Assembly: GCF_963921235.1 (NCBI RefSeq)
Contig: NC_086097.1
Span: 68,078,001 to 68,142,000 of the forward strand
Direction: 5' to 3'
DNA length: 64,000 bases
DNA from: Mobula hypostoma
Lineage: Eukaryota
Shown here: positions 48,126 to 61,815 of the stretch, one piece after another
Layout of the letters: the number at the start of each line of letters is the position of its first letter
Position numbering within the stretch: position 1 is the first letter of the stretch
Translations under genes and position numbers: made by a program
The notes under the pieces: generated by a model
What the model was told of the DNA's origin: nothing
What the model saw: the letters and a program-made list of their open reading frames with translations, nothing else
Databases searched by the model: none

Positions 48126-51100
48126 TGCCATTGATTCTACGTTTGTTACTTTCTAATCTTTCCACTAATGGTAAAAGGCCTTGCAAATGACATGTGAGAT
48201 GGGGTTACATGGACTCCCTTTCTGATTACAAGTATGCCATTATCTAATTTCAAATATCTCTTGTGTCTTCAACAAGTCTTGTTTAACTTGGAGGAAATAC
48301 TGTATCTATGCACGTTCTTTTCTGGGGGAAGCTTTTGTGGCCGTTAGAAATGAAGGTCAAGATTAATTTGCTATAAAGAAGGTTAACCTTCTGAACTATA
48401 TTATGTAATGGGAGAGTATTGTACCTTCACCCAACAATGGTCATTCTATTGAAAGAGGCCACAGGGCTACTCTGAAGTCTGAATAAATATCCTACATTTA
48501 ATTATTTTTGATGGCAAATTATTTATTGCCTTATTACAATGAGTTTCCAATTATCTCCTTTTTGCAAGGGTGTTCAAGACTAACTTGGTCCCAAAAGCTT
48601 CATCTCTTCACTGGAAGTATTTCACTTTCACACTTTCTTTAACCCTGGTGTAAGATAAGTATTAATGTAAGAAAGCAATAACATTAAAAAAGAAATGTTT
48701 AATTAATTAAATGGCCTTTCATTCAAGAGAATACAATTTTTTTAAAATAACACATAAAACACAACCTAGATCACAAAATTTTCCTGCAATTTTTGAAAGC
48801 AGCTTAGTGAAATACTCTGAAAACGAAGCAAATTCTTCCCTTTGTTATATGATTTCTGAATAGTTCATGAATGGATGAACACCACCTTATTATTTCTTCT
48901 TTTGCATTATTTATTTATTTCATAATTTATAGTCGATTTTTGTGTTTGCACAGTACTGTTGCCACAGAACAAAGCAAAATCATGTCTTAGAAGACAATGA
49001 CAATAAACCCGATTCTGAAATTAATTTCTCCATACTTCTAAGATGTTGGTTGGGTACTGAAAATACTACCATCTCAGCTGCCAGGCAAAATACAGCCGTG
49101 ACAGATGGTTTCCCAATCACATTGTTAAAAAAATTGCAATATAGTTTTCATCTTCTGTTTAGTGTTTCTAAAAAATAAACCTACATTTTAAGCTGGATAC
49201 CTAATGCTACTGAAACACCCTCTGACACCTATTAACTGATTAATTGATTTGGAAGCATCTTTTTCTTAGAACTTTTGAAAAATAAATTATGTTCTTACAG
49301 ATATTACTTTCTTAGATTGCTTAGTAAACTTTGGGAAAAGTTAGAAGAACAGCAATCTTTTGCAAACAAATAAATCAGCAAAGTCAGAAAACATCATGGT
49401 ATATCTGCTACAACTATTTTCTGGCCAATGTTTAGATACATTAAGTGAAGGGTTACCTTGACATTCTGTGCACAAAGGTCAGTGTTCTTGGTCCACAATG
49501 TCGAGATGACAACTGAACTATCATTACAAAGACAAAGGTCAGACCTAAGGTGATTGGTGATAGAACTATCAAATTAACCAGTCAATACTAGCAAGTAGTC
49601 ATGTCTCCGGGGGCTTTCACTGGACAAATACCAGCTTGTCAATAAGAAACTAAAGCAATTGTTATGACATATTTCCATAAAATGTGAAATTTTGTTTCCC
49701 ATACCCAAAAATGATTTACATACACTAATGTGTTCTGAAATGCATAATTCTACCAAAGCAATTATTCAAGAGTGAAAGAGAAGTTCAACCATGAACTAAA
49801 CTAAATATGTCTTCCTATCTCAGGGTGGAAGATAAGCAATTAGCTAACAACATCACTGAAAGTATTTAGGTTGCAATTTTGCAAGCCATTCTTTGTCACT
49901 TTCATAACCCAAAGAATAACTACTTAATCAGTCCCAGTCTCATTCCATTATTATACTGTGCAAACTGGCTAAAACCAGTGAGATCCTCTGACACTATAAA
50001 ATTAATTCAATAACATACATTATTTACATGTAGCTATAATTAGCTATGGCACTTTTATTTTTCCAAATTCATCTAAAATGTGAAACCAGATGTATTTCTT
50101 TGGAGAAGGCATTACCTTGTATCTGTGATTTAATCATATTAAACTAGGAAAGTCTTAAATTACAGAATTTGTTGGAAAATAATTCAGACGTATAAACTTT
50201 TTTGGTTTGATTGATGATGCTGGACTATGTGTGCACTGCCTTGTCAAATCATGCAGAGGTTGGACGACTGATGGACTTAACCTTTGGTCCCACTCTATAA
50301 TCGTCTTGCAGCATAACCTTAGTTTGCTAGACAGCCCACAATTAGAAAGTCTAAACAGTTCATCTCTAAAATACAATGGATCAAAAAGAACTTGATATGT
50401 TAATTTAAATACAGAAGCAAGTAACAAGAACTCTATGAGCTCTTAAATGTCATCTTGTGTTATGCATGGCAACATCTGATTGACTGAATTACTAATTTAG
50501 CTGTCTTCTTTACAGTACCACATCTAAATGTTTTATAGGAATATAGCTTTTATACAGACAGAATTGAATGTTACACCAAATCTCTCAATACTGCATTGTT
50601 GTCAACCAATCTTATCTTTTTGCTCAGGCTCCTTAAAGACAGCCACCTAATGCATGTTCAGTCGGAGCTGTGCTTAAGATTATAAAACTAATTTAAAATA
50701 TTACGTTCTGGCTAAAATCACATTTGATTATGTTTAACTAGATAGGCTTGGAACAAACCTTCAGGTGAAAATTCTGAATAATAGTCAATATTTCTTTTTA
50801 TATGAATATCACAATTAATAATGATTTTTTCTTTCATATTTTAATTTTTTTGGTGTTTGGAATAACAAGGACTAATGCATTGTGAAAAATAACTTATTTC
50901 TAAACCCTGCAGTTAACAACACAACACTACACAACTAAATAATTTAAAAAGATGAAAAATGTGCACAAGGCTAATTAAAATTTTCATCTGAATTTTGAAT
51001 AACAATAACATAATCTGTTAAGAATTTATAACAATTTAGAAATTATCAAATGTGGTTTCAATTCATTATCGAAAGTGTATGATTCTCAAATGGTTATAGG

Positions 51101-51253
51101 GTATCATGTTTTGCTACAATTAAACTACCAATTTTAAGTCATGTTCTATATATTTTCAAAGACAAAAAGTGTTAACACTGATCGTGCTATATTTCCAGCA
51201 AATGTTTGACATGTGTTTGGCAGTAAATTCTGCTGTCATTATTGAAATTAATA

Positions 51254-51819
51254 CACAATCGGTGGCCAATTTATTAGGCACCTCCTGTACCTAATAAAGA
51301 GGCCACTGAGTATACGTTGGTGACCTTCTGCTTCTGGAACTCATTCACTTCAAGGTTCGATGTTCTGTGCATTCAGAGATGCTCTTCTGCAAACCACTGT
51401 TGTAACACGTGGTTAGTTGAGATACTGTCACCTTCCTATCAGCTTGAACCAGTTTGGCCATTCTCCTCTGACCTTTCTCAACAACAAGGTCTTTTCACCC
51501 ACAGAACTGACACTCACTGGATGTCTTTTGTTCTTCACAGCATTCTCTGTAAACTCTAGTGACAGTTATGTGTGAAAGTCCCAGGAGATCAGCAGGCTCT
51601 GAGAAATTCAAACCACCCCCTCTGGCACCAACAATTATTTCACAAAGTCACTTGGATACATTTCTTCCCCATTCTGATGTCTGGCCTGAACAGCAACTGA
51701 ACCTCTTGACCACATCTGCATGCTTTTATACGTTGAGTTGCTGCCAAATGATTAACTAATTAGATATTTGTTTTAACAAGCAGGTATACCAGGCTACCTA
51801 ATAAAGTGGCCACTGAGTG
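51254..51819 (-). mobile_element. Internally deleted Tc1-family transposon retaining the N-terminal HTH region
   Basis: TIR (c)actcagtggccactttattagg at both ends, TA flank at 51820. Homologous to 58354-58882. Confidence 0.85.
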
Positions 51820-52554
51820 TAATTACTTAGGCCAATCCAAATTTAATAAAATGTTTATTTATATACTAAGTAACAAACTATCTTATATTTATCTTGATGC
51901 AGAAAATGTAAATTCAAATATTAATGTTGATTTCAGGAATTACTAGCCAATTTTAAGCTTGTTCAAATAAATTATAATGTTTAGGTTCTAAGTAAGCTAA
52001 TGTGGTTACCATCAAGGCATAGAAAGCTGCAGCAGTTGACAGTGGGACAAGATTATGATAGCAACAAGTATGTATCTCGTTGTGAGCTGGCCCGAGGAGG
52101 GAAATTGAAAAGAGGAAGAATTAAAAGTTCACAGGGTCAAGATAAGCAGAGAAACTGAAAATTGAACAATTGCAATGGAGAAAAAAAAAGAAAATACATG
52201 CAAGAACTTTTTTTTTACATTGATGCTATGCAGTATCATTATAAGACAAAAAAATCATCAAAGAAGAATGAAGACTGCTAACCTTGGCTCATTATAATTT
52301 ATACAAAAGCACTTCACTTCATATTGTTTCCTCAAACCTTTTCAGAAATTACTTTTAAACCTAAAGTGTTTCTTTAAATATTGAAGTAATATTAAACTAG
52401 ACAGTTTTGTATAAATGCAATTATCTAGCCTGATTAAAAGTCATAGTTACAGTTACTGTAAAGGTATTTTGTTTAAAAAAATCTACTCTTCATAGATTAC
52501 ATTAAGATCACTGAATAAAATCACATACAGAATCCAGGTCATAAAATTTTCAAG

Positions 52555-54345
52555 AGAAAGAGAATTAAGGAGAAGGTGCTTAAGGAGCTGAAAGGGCTGA
52601 AGGTAAATAAATCAGATGGTCTACATCCCAGAGCAGATGGACTACACCCCCGATTTCTGAAAGAGGTACCTGAAGAGATTTTGCAGGCAGTAAAAGTGAT
52701 CTTTCAAGCATCACTGGAGTCAGGGAGGTTCTCAGAGAACCGGAAAATTGCAAATATAACATCTCTATTTAAGACGGAGGGAGGCAAAGGCAGAAAATTA
52801 TAAGCCAGTTACCCTGACCTCAGCACTTAGCATGATTTTAAAGTCCATTAATGGTGAAATTTTGGAGTACATGGAACTACATGATAAAATAGGATAACGT
52901 CAGCATGGTCTCATTAAGGGGAGATTTGCTTGACAAATACGTTAGAATTCCTTGAGGAGATAACAAGCAGGTTAGTTAAAGAAATGTCAATGGGCATTAT
53001 GTCCTTGGATTTTCAGAAGCCCCTACAAGACTGCTGAACAAGATAAAAGTCCCTGGTGTTAGAGGCAAGCTCCTATCATGGATAGAAGATAGGCTGACTG
53101 ACTGAAGACAAGTGGGGATGAAAGGGTCCTTTTCAGGATGGCTGCCAGTGATTGACAGAGTTCTGCAGGGATTGGTGTTGGGACCATAGCTTTTCACTTT
53201 ATATATTAATAATCTGGATGAAAGAACTGATAGAATTCAGGCCAAGTTTGAGATGATACAAAGACAGGTGGATGGGCAGGTAATATTGTGGAGGCAGCAA
53301 ATCCGCAGAAGGACTTTGCCAAGTTGAGGAGCAGGCAAAGAAGTGGCAGATGGAATACAGTATAGGGAAGTCCAATCACAAAAGAGCGAAAATCTGCAGA
53401 GGCTGGAAATCCAAGTAACACGCACAAGATGCTGGAGGAACGAAGCTGGCCAGGCAGCATCTATGGAAAAGAATACAGTCGATGTTTCAAGCTGTGACCC
53501 TTAAGCAGGACTGCTGAAGGGTCTTGGCCCAAAACGTAGACTGTACCCTTTTCCATAGATGCTGCCTGGCCTGCTGAGTTCCTCTAGCATTTTGTGTGTG
53601 TTACCAGTATAGGGAAATGTAAGTTTATGCACTTTGGTTGGAAGAATAAAGATGTAGACTATTTTGTAATTTGAGAAATAATTCAGAAATTGGAGGTGCA
53701 AAGGGGGGAGTCAAAACTTAGGATTCCCCCAAGGTTAACTTACAGTTGAGGAAGGTAAATGCTTCATTTCATTAGTATTTATTTCGATATGTATTGCAGA
53801 AGTTTTATAAGGCATTTGTATGACTGGATTTGGAATGTTGTGAGAAATTTTGGTTCCTCATCTGGGGAAGGATGTACTGGCCTTGCAGAGGGTCCGGAGG
53901 TGGTTTACTTAGAATGGCCCCAAGAATGAACGGTTAAGAACAATGCGTGTTTGATGGCTCCCGGCCTACACTTGATGGAGTTCAGAAGGATGGCTGGAAA
54001 TTTCATTGAAACCTATGGCATATGAAAGCTCTGAGTAGAGTGGGCATGGGGAGAATGTTTCCATTAGTAGGGAAAACTTTTCCATTAGGATCAAAGGACA
54101 CAGTCTCAGAATAAAGGGATGTCCCTTTAGAACAGAAACAAGGAGGAATTTTTTCACCTGGAGGATGGTGAATCTGTTGAACTCATTGCCACAGAGGGTG
54201 GTGGAGTTCAATTTATTGAGTGTATTTTAGGCAGAGACTGATAGGTTCTTCATTGGTAAGAGAGTTAAGGATTACAGGGACAGTACAGGAAAATGGGGTT
54301 GAGGAAGCAAAATCCTATATCTACTGTAAATTCTTATGGTCTAAG
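52555..54345 (+). mobile_element. CR1 ORF2 RT region and 3' UTR, decayed
   Basis: ORF 52576..52803 'LKGLKVNKSDGLHPR..LKEV', then ttggattttcagaagccc (LDFQK), then the CR1 UTR. Confidence 0.85.
53370..53604. mobile_element. Fold-back Penelope pLTR insertion in CR1
   Basis: Inverted arms with two opposed decayed hammerheads (53476-53545). Exact 12-bp TSD cagtatagggaa (53358-69 and 53605-16). Confidence 0.88.
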
Positions 54346-54424
54346 ATATTTACCGACACACATACTACTCCACTGCAGGACAACATGATGCACATCTAAA
54401 GCAGCATATTCTATCTGACAGAAG

Positions 54425-55065
54425 AGAGGCTTGGTACATATTGGAAAAAAAGCTTGTGTTTCCCCTAGACATTGCAGCTACAACACTCCGGCCAGACATG
54501 GCCCTGTGGTCTACAACAGCCAAGCTGACATATGTTGTGGAATTGACAGTACCATGGGAAGATGGCGTCGAAGAAGCTTATGAGAGGAAAAAGATCAAGT
54601 ACTCTGAACTGGCAACTGAAGCTGCCCAGAATGGCTGGAAGACCAAGATTTTCCCTGTAGAAGTGGGATGCAGGGGGTTCGTTGCTACATCTACGACCAG
54701 TCTATTGAAGAAGATGGGGGTGAGGGGTCACTCCCTCCAACAAGCAATCAAGTCCTTCTCAAATGCAGCAGAAGGAAGCAGCAATTGGATTTGGATTAAA
54801 AGGAAAGACAACAACTGGGCTGCAAGATAAAGACAGGAGGGTATGGAACTGAGGGGGGTGTATCTGGGACGCCACGTTGCACCGCTGAGCCCTCTGGAGA
54901 CATCGTGGGCTTATCAACGAAACGTCAAAGGAGGGTGCCCACCTGATGACCCCGATGACGTACCTACCCTCCCTCCTTGTCACCACTCCAAACCCACTGC
55001 CAACATCGAGAGTGCCAACTTACCATCGGGATTGAAACATCAAGTCCTGGTAGCTCTACTCTACT
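54425..55065 (+). mobile_element. HERO-like (R2-group) non-LTR retrotransposon: restriction-like endonuclease C-terminus and 3' UTR
   Basis: ORF 54441..54830 'LRPDMALWS..VELTVPWE..AYERKKIKY..PVEVGCRGF' has the RPD/E/K.KY RLE motifs. Ends ctctactctact. Confidence 0.85.
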
Positions 55066-56739
55066 TTTGTAAAAGGAAGAAAATACTGTCCAATAGTGCA
55101 GTAAACATTGCTGAAACTGTGACCACTTGCAAGATGTCAATATTCTCTAAGCTAATTCTTTTTTCATAGTTTAGTTCTTGTTATTCTATTACCAATTTCC
55201 ACTAACTTGGAAGCTATAGATAATGTAACCATGTGCCTTTACTTGAAACAATGACAGTCGAGTCTGTAATAAGACATTGACAAAGTTGGCGGAGATCTAG
55301 CTTTTAGAAAGTTGATTTATTTTGTATTAAGACAAAGCTCCAATTTTCTAGCACCATCAACCTTGGATAATTTTGTGAAATAACAAACAGATAAAGACAT
55401 TTTGGGGAAAAGGGCTTATTTGCTAAAGATAGAAAGAGAACTGTAAATGATGGTTACAATGTTATCCAACCAGGATAAAGTCAACTTTCAATCATGAAAA
55501 GAACAAGATCAAATGTTGAAGCCCATGTCTTTTGTTTCGACTGTCAATTGTGGTCCAGTATTATTGCAGCCTTCTATACTTTGTATCATGATACTGGACT
55601 GAAATCTCTTAAGTTAATGTGAACTTAGAAGATCAAATCCATGCTATAAACTTTAAAATAATGCCTGTATTTTTGTCAAATTTTGGAGTTTATCCTTTCC
55701 TTACTCATTTATCTTATTCAACTGCCTCTCTGAAGCTGACATAAAAAACAGCTATTCACATTGCCTCTGGGCAAATAGGGATGTTTTGACAGATAACTGT
55801 ATTTCAAATCCACACAAGCTTTCTCAGCAGGTTTTATGACAGTACTCTGTGGCAATGCTGGCAATGTGCTTTATAAAATGCCCTATTCACTGTGGTAATT
55901 CCATCTCCCAAGCAAAGATTAGTTCTTTTTCCCCAGATAGAACAATGTCAGAAGAGATGCTCGGGGTATTATCAAATCATCTATCACTTTACAACACTTT
56001 GCCATTTATTTAAATACTGCAGCTTTCCTGACACTACACTCAACAACAAAATTATAAATAGAGATATTTCTGCAACATTTTTATTGAATCATAGCAATTT
56101 TAAAAGTCAAAAATACCACTGATCCTTTCAGAATGCAGAAGTATTTTTCTAGTATGATTCAATATTATTTTAGATAAAATGCTATGGGATCATCTTATGC
56201 ATTGGAAGAAAATTAAATAATATTCACATACAAATAAGAATTACTACCTTCCCAGAATATTTTTCTTCAATAAAGGAATGTTCTTAGCTTTTGGGAAGGA
56301 AATTTTCTTTAACATTTATCTAGTTTAAATTATTTTTGATTTAGCCTGCAAAGTTCACGCTAATTTCTTATTTTATAAATCTAAAATATGCAACTGGTTG
56401 TGGACGGTACTATATAAATGCAAATCTTCCTTTTTTATTATTCACAAGTGCCCTTTTTTGTAGTAAAATACTGTAGTCAATCAACCAGTTCAAGACTGAT
56501 GAAACTGTTTTCAGTCAATTTTCACTGCAGTCACCAACTCTTGCCAATAGTTATTTTAAATTTTGTTTTCTGCACTATAGTCCCTTCTCAGTAACTATTA
56601 CAACATGACCACCCTGTATGTGAAAGATGACATTACTTGGCAGAGAGAATATTGGCTTGACGTTCAGCAAGGAATTAGTCAACAATTTCTAGGTTGGATA
56701 AGAATGAAAGACCAGCAGGGCACACTCATAGATAATTCC

Positions 56740-59700
56740 TTTAACGCTAAATTACCTGCAGTAGATAGATGGAAAGATTGAGTGACTGGGTCAACAAGGC
56801 AAATGGATTTCAAATGGAAAAGTGTGAGATCATGAACTTCAGTTCCAAGAATCAAAAGGTGATTATCCTTTAAAAGTGAGGATTGTTTTTGTTTAAAGTT
56901 CAGAGGAATCTTGGTGTTCTAGTCCACTTATCACAAAATGTTAGTTAGCGGCCTGGTCAAACAAGCATTCAAGGGAAAAAAGGGATTTGTTGGTCTTGAT
57001 TGTGAAGTCGTCGGCACTTAAGAACAGGGAGGTTTTATAAGTGGGTTAGACACCGGAAGGATTGAAAGAGGCTGCAGTAAATGCTAGACTCGGCAGCTCC
57101 TCCATGGGCACAACCCTCCCACCATCAAAGGCATCTTCAAAAGGCAAGAAAGTGATATCCACCATTAAGGAATGCCAGGGAGGAGGTCTATGATTCCATG
57201 AACTTTATCTTGATATTCCACTTTAGCACTATTTATTTATTGTAACTTAAGAGTAATTTTATGCTTTTCAGTGTACTGCGGACACAAAACAACAAATTTC
57301 ATTACACGTTCAGTGATAATAAGCCTGATTCTGATTCAGTCTCCTCCTGTGCACATTCTATGGAGAACTGTTGAGAACATTTGGGTGAGATGAGGTGTAT
57401 AGCTGTTTAATATGACAGGGATCCAGTGATAAGAGTACAAAGTAAAATAAACTTATGAAATCCGCAGTCCTGACAGGAAGCACAGAAGATATTAAAGGGT
57501 TAAAGGAATAAGTGTAACTGCTGAATATCTGTGAATATGAAAATGATGATGATTAGATGTACAAGTTGCCAGAAGATCCTGATGGAGTAGTCCTTGGAGA
57601 ATAGAAACCAAACCAGAGGGAAATTGAGACACAGCCCATGGGGATGCTATTAGAAAGTTTCAAAAGGTAAAGAAGTCTGTGATCTTTGTTCAACATAGGA
57701 GATCAAGAATAACGTTAAATTGAAAAATAGGAAATACAAAGTAACTAGGGTTTGTAATAGGCCAGAGAAAAAGGATGTTTTTAGGATCCAGCAAATCTAA
57801 AAGGTTTATAAGAAGGAAAACATTGATTTTGAGAGAAAACCCGCCTGTAATATCAAAACAACCAGTGAGTTTCGATGGATATATAAATAGGAAGAAGCGG
57901 GACCTCTAGAGAATAAAGCTAGTGGATTAATAAGAGGAACCAGAGGAATGGCAAATATTTTAAATCAATTTTGTGCAGCATGGAAAACATTGCGATTATC
58001 CCCCAGATAGTAGATGGCTTAATTTTAAATAACACAGAAGAACATACAAAAATCCTAGACACAAGGGATAAAGTATTAGAGAAATTAATGGGGCTAAAGG
58101 AGTACAAATTACCAAGATCCAAGATCTTAAAGGAAGTGGCTGCTTTGACGATGTGATTATTATTTTAAAACCTATTTAATTATCAGAAGATTGGAAAACA
58201 ATCAATGTGACTTCCTCATTCAAAAAGAGAAAAAACAGAAGGTGGGGAACTATTGTTCAGTTTGTTTAATATCAATTGTTGGCAATATGCCAGAGTCAAA
58301 AGTCAAAGAGAAAATAACTAATGATTTGGGAAAGCTTAATATAATAAAATCTATACTCACTGGCCACTTTATTAGGTACAGGAGTGAAATCCAGTGCAGC
58401 CTTCTCCTACTGTAGCCTATTCGTTTCAAGATTCGACATGTGTATTCAGAGATGCTCTTCCGTAAACCACTGTTATAATGTGTGGTTATCTGAGTTACTG
58501 TCAGCTTGAAACCATCTGGCCATACTCTTCTGACCTCTCTCATTAACCAGGTGTTTTTACCCACACAATTGCCATGCACTGTATTTTTTTTTGCTTTTCA
58601 CACCATTTTCTGTAACCTCTAGAGACTATTGTGCTTGAGAATCGCAGAAGATCAGCAGTTTTTGAGACACTCAAACCACCCCGCCTGCCACCAACAACCA
58701 TTCCACTGTCAAAGTCACTTAGATCACCATTTTTTTTCTCCATACTGATGTTTGGGCTGAACAACAAATGAACCTCTTGATCATGTCTGCATGCTTTTAT
58801 GCATTGAGTTGTTGCCACAGAGTTGGCTGATTTGATATATGCATTAACGAGCCGGTGTACAAGTGTACATAATAAAGTGGACAACCAACATAACTTTATG
58901 AATGCCAAATTATATTTGATAAACTTGCTTGAATTCTTTAAGGATGTGGAAAGGAACCTGTAGAAGTTCTGTATTTAGATTTCTAAATGCTAATTCCTTA
59001 CCGTTTCAAATATTTATCCATTTCCACCTTAATAACAGCCAATGACCTAGCCTCCACTACCTTTGGGCAGATAGTTCCAGAAATTCACAACCTGCTGAGA
59101 CAAGAGATGTCCACATATCTCTTTCTTAAATGGATAGGCCCTTCTTGTAGATATGTCCCCTAGCTTGTGACTTTCCCACTAGTGAAACCTTCTCAACATC
59201 TACACTGTGAAGCTCCATTAGCATCTTGCATGTTTGAATGAAGTAATTTCTCATTCCTCTAATTCCCAGAAATACAGGTCCAAACTGTCTAGTTGGATGA
59301 AGCTCCATAACATGAATTTAGGGAGCTGGGTAGCAGGTAAAAATCAGAAACACTAAGATTGTTGTCTCTGAATTATTTCAATGCTACATGATACTGTCAG
59401 CTGACTTTGGGTCTAAAGAGATAGTGCAAGAGAGAGTTTTTTAGATTTCTAAATCATTGGTACCCTTTCTCTGGAAGGTGGGACATCTACAAGCTGAACA
59501 GGAGTATCTACATCAAAGTAGATCCAATATTATTTTGTTAGTTCTGTTGCAAATGGTTCAAAATAGTTTGCCAGGGGAATAGCATGTTAATAGTCAGGGG
59601 TGGGGGGGGGGTGGGTGCAGATGTAAAGAGGTATAGTCACATGTAGAAGGAAATCGAGTCCATGCAGATGGCTGAGTAATGAGGCACTTGAGAGGCTAAA

Positions 59701-60270
59701 TTGTATCTATTTTAATGACGGGAAGGGCAGATGAATCGAGAGCTTGATAAGTACAAGGTACTTTGCTGTCAAAATGATATGGTTGAAAGAAGGGCAGGAC
59801 AGACAACTCAACATTTTAGGGTATAAATTCTTCAGGCATGATGGGGCATAATGTAAAGGAGTAAATGGTATTACAAAACCAATTCAGAAGACCACAATGT
59901 AATAATGAGAGAGGATATCAAAGAAGACTCTTCAAGTCAGGACATCAGGATGCAGCTTAGATTATAAAAAAGAGGCAATCACTTTGTTGAAGATTTACTA
60001 TAGACCACCTGACCTCAGGGAGGTTAGAGAAGTAAATATGCAGATTTCTGAGAGAGTGGTGTTGGAATGATAAGGTTATAAGAGTAGAAGTTTCACCTTC
60101 CCCAAAATTAACTGGGACTGAATTTCTAAGACAAGTTACCATCTCCAAAGGATGGTATTTTATGTTTCAGCAGGTGGACAAACACACAGAGCCAATGCAA
60201 TGTATCCCAGGCTGTGAGAGGTGGCAAGGGAGCAAATTGCTGATACTCTGACAAAGATTTTTGAATTGTC
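56740..60270. mobile_element. Cluster of old CR1 fragments (plus and minus) with a Rex1 3' end at about 57040-57340
   Basis: 'KVLEKLMGLK', 'KQKVGNYCSV' and antisense 59000-59310 'ARGHIYK'. Heavily decayed. Confidence 0.6.
58354..58882 (-). mobile_element. Second internally deleted Tc1 copy
   Basis: ORF 58543..58908 'DLSDFDSGMVVGGRRGGLSVSKTADLLRFSSTIVSRGYRKW' (Tc1 paired-like HTH). Left TIR ta|tactcactggccactttattaggtac. Confidence 0.88.
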
Positions 60271-60279
60271 TCTGGTCAT

Positions 60280-61180
60280 CATGATCATCATCATTGTGTG
60301 CTGTGTTGTATGATGTCGGCGATCATGGTCTTCCATCTGTCTCTAATAGATAGGTAGATACTTTATTGATCCCAAAGGAGATTACAGTGTCACAGTAGCA
60401 TTACAAGTACACAGATATACAAAAATTAGAAGAGATGTAAGAAAGAATAAAAAATAAGTTACATCAAACAGCTTAAAGAAGGGGTCATCACTTCCCTGGC
60501 TATAGGTTGACTCATTATAGAGCCTGAAGGCTGAGGGTAAGAATGACTTCATATAGTGCTCTTCCGAGCAATTTTGAATAAACTCTTCAAAATTTTTGCA
60601 TATCCATCCTTTGATGTAACTCATGAATCTCATGCACTGTCGACCGCTACTTTTTCTTTCATCAGTTTTTCTGGTAACTGCAAGGTGTTCGAGCTTCTCT
60701 TTCCTCAGTACACGTTCCAGAAATTCCAGCCACTGTTTCCCAGTTAATGATATCAGTCTCTTCTTATTTCGGCTTTTCATAACACTTCCTCATTTGTTAC
60801 GCTGTCCTTCCATGATATTCTCATCATTCTTCTCAAAGAACACATTTCTGTTTTCTGAGTTTGTGCTTTGATATTGTTCAACATTCACTTCCATATGTTA
60901 GTGTGGAAAGAATGTAGTACCGCAACACTCTGAATTTCACACCCATAGAAATTATGTAACTCTTTAGTAGCTTGCTCAAACACTTGAACGTTCATTTAGC
61001 AATCCCAATCTTTCTTCTTATTCCAACATCAGCCTGGTCATCAGATGCTATTGTGCTCCCCAAGTAATTAAAATGCCGTACTTGTTTAATTGTTTTGATT
61101 GCTTACTTTCAGTTCGCTTTTCTGTATTTATTTCTTCTTTGGGACAACCATATATTCGGTCTTTTTGCAGTTGATAGTGG
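60280..61180 (-). mobile_element. RTE-clade LINE 3' fragment with a Rex1 3' end inserted (about 60340-60555)
   Basis: 'KKTEYMVV', 'HFNYLGSTI' and 'LEHLAVT..RKSSGRQ'. (gat)n tail near 60280-60295. Confidence 0.75.
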
Positions 61181-61815
61181 TAGGAATGTTATTAGCAAAA
61201 CATTGAGAGGTTGAATTAATCTGCACTTTAAAGGTGGAGATTAATTGTAGATGGTCAACATGGCTTTGAGCAGGAGAAATCCTGTATAACCAATTTGACT
61301 CACACATCAGCAAGCACTGGATACAAAGCAAAATCAAAATCCTATGCCAAATGGTGGACCACAGGAATTGATGCTGAGCCATCAACTACTGGCTACATCC
61401 ATTTAACAACTTGGACAATCATGAGATATGATTAGTAAGTTTACAGATAATACAATAATTGGTGATATTGTTAAAAGTAAAAAGATTGGTCTTAGGCTAC
61501 AATATGATGAATTTGTAAAATGGGCAGAGAAATGGAAGATGGAATTTAATCTTGATCAGTTTGAGATAATGCATTTAGGAGCACAAATAAAACAAAGACA
61601 TTCACAATGAATAATATGGACCTACAGATATTGAAGAATAGAGAGATCTTCATGTACAAGTCCAAAAATCACTGAAGATGACTGCACAGACAAATAAGAG
61701 AATGAAGAAGTCATTCAGGATAATTGCGTTCATTAGCCTGGCATAGAATAAAAGGGCAGAGTGGTTTTGATACAACCTTATAAAGCATAAGCTTTGTAAA
61801 ACATAGCTTGAATAT

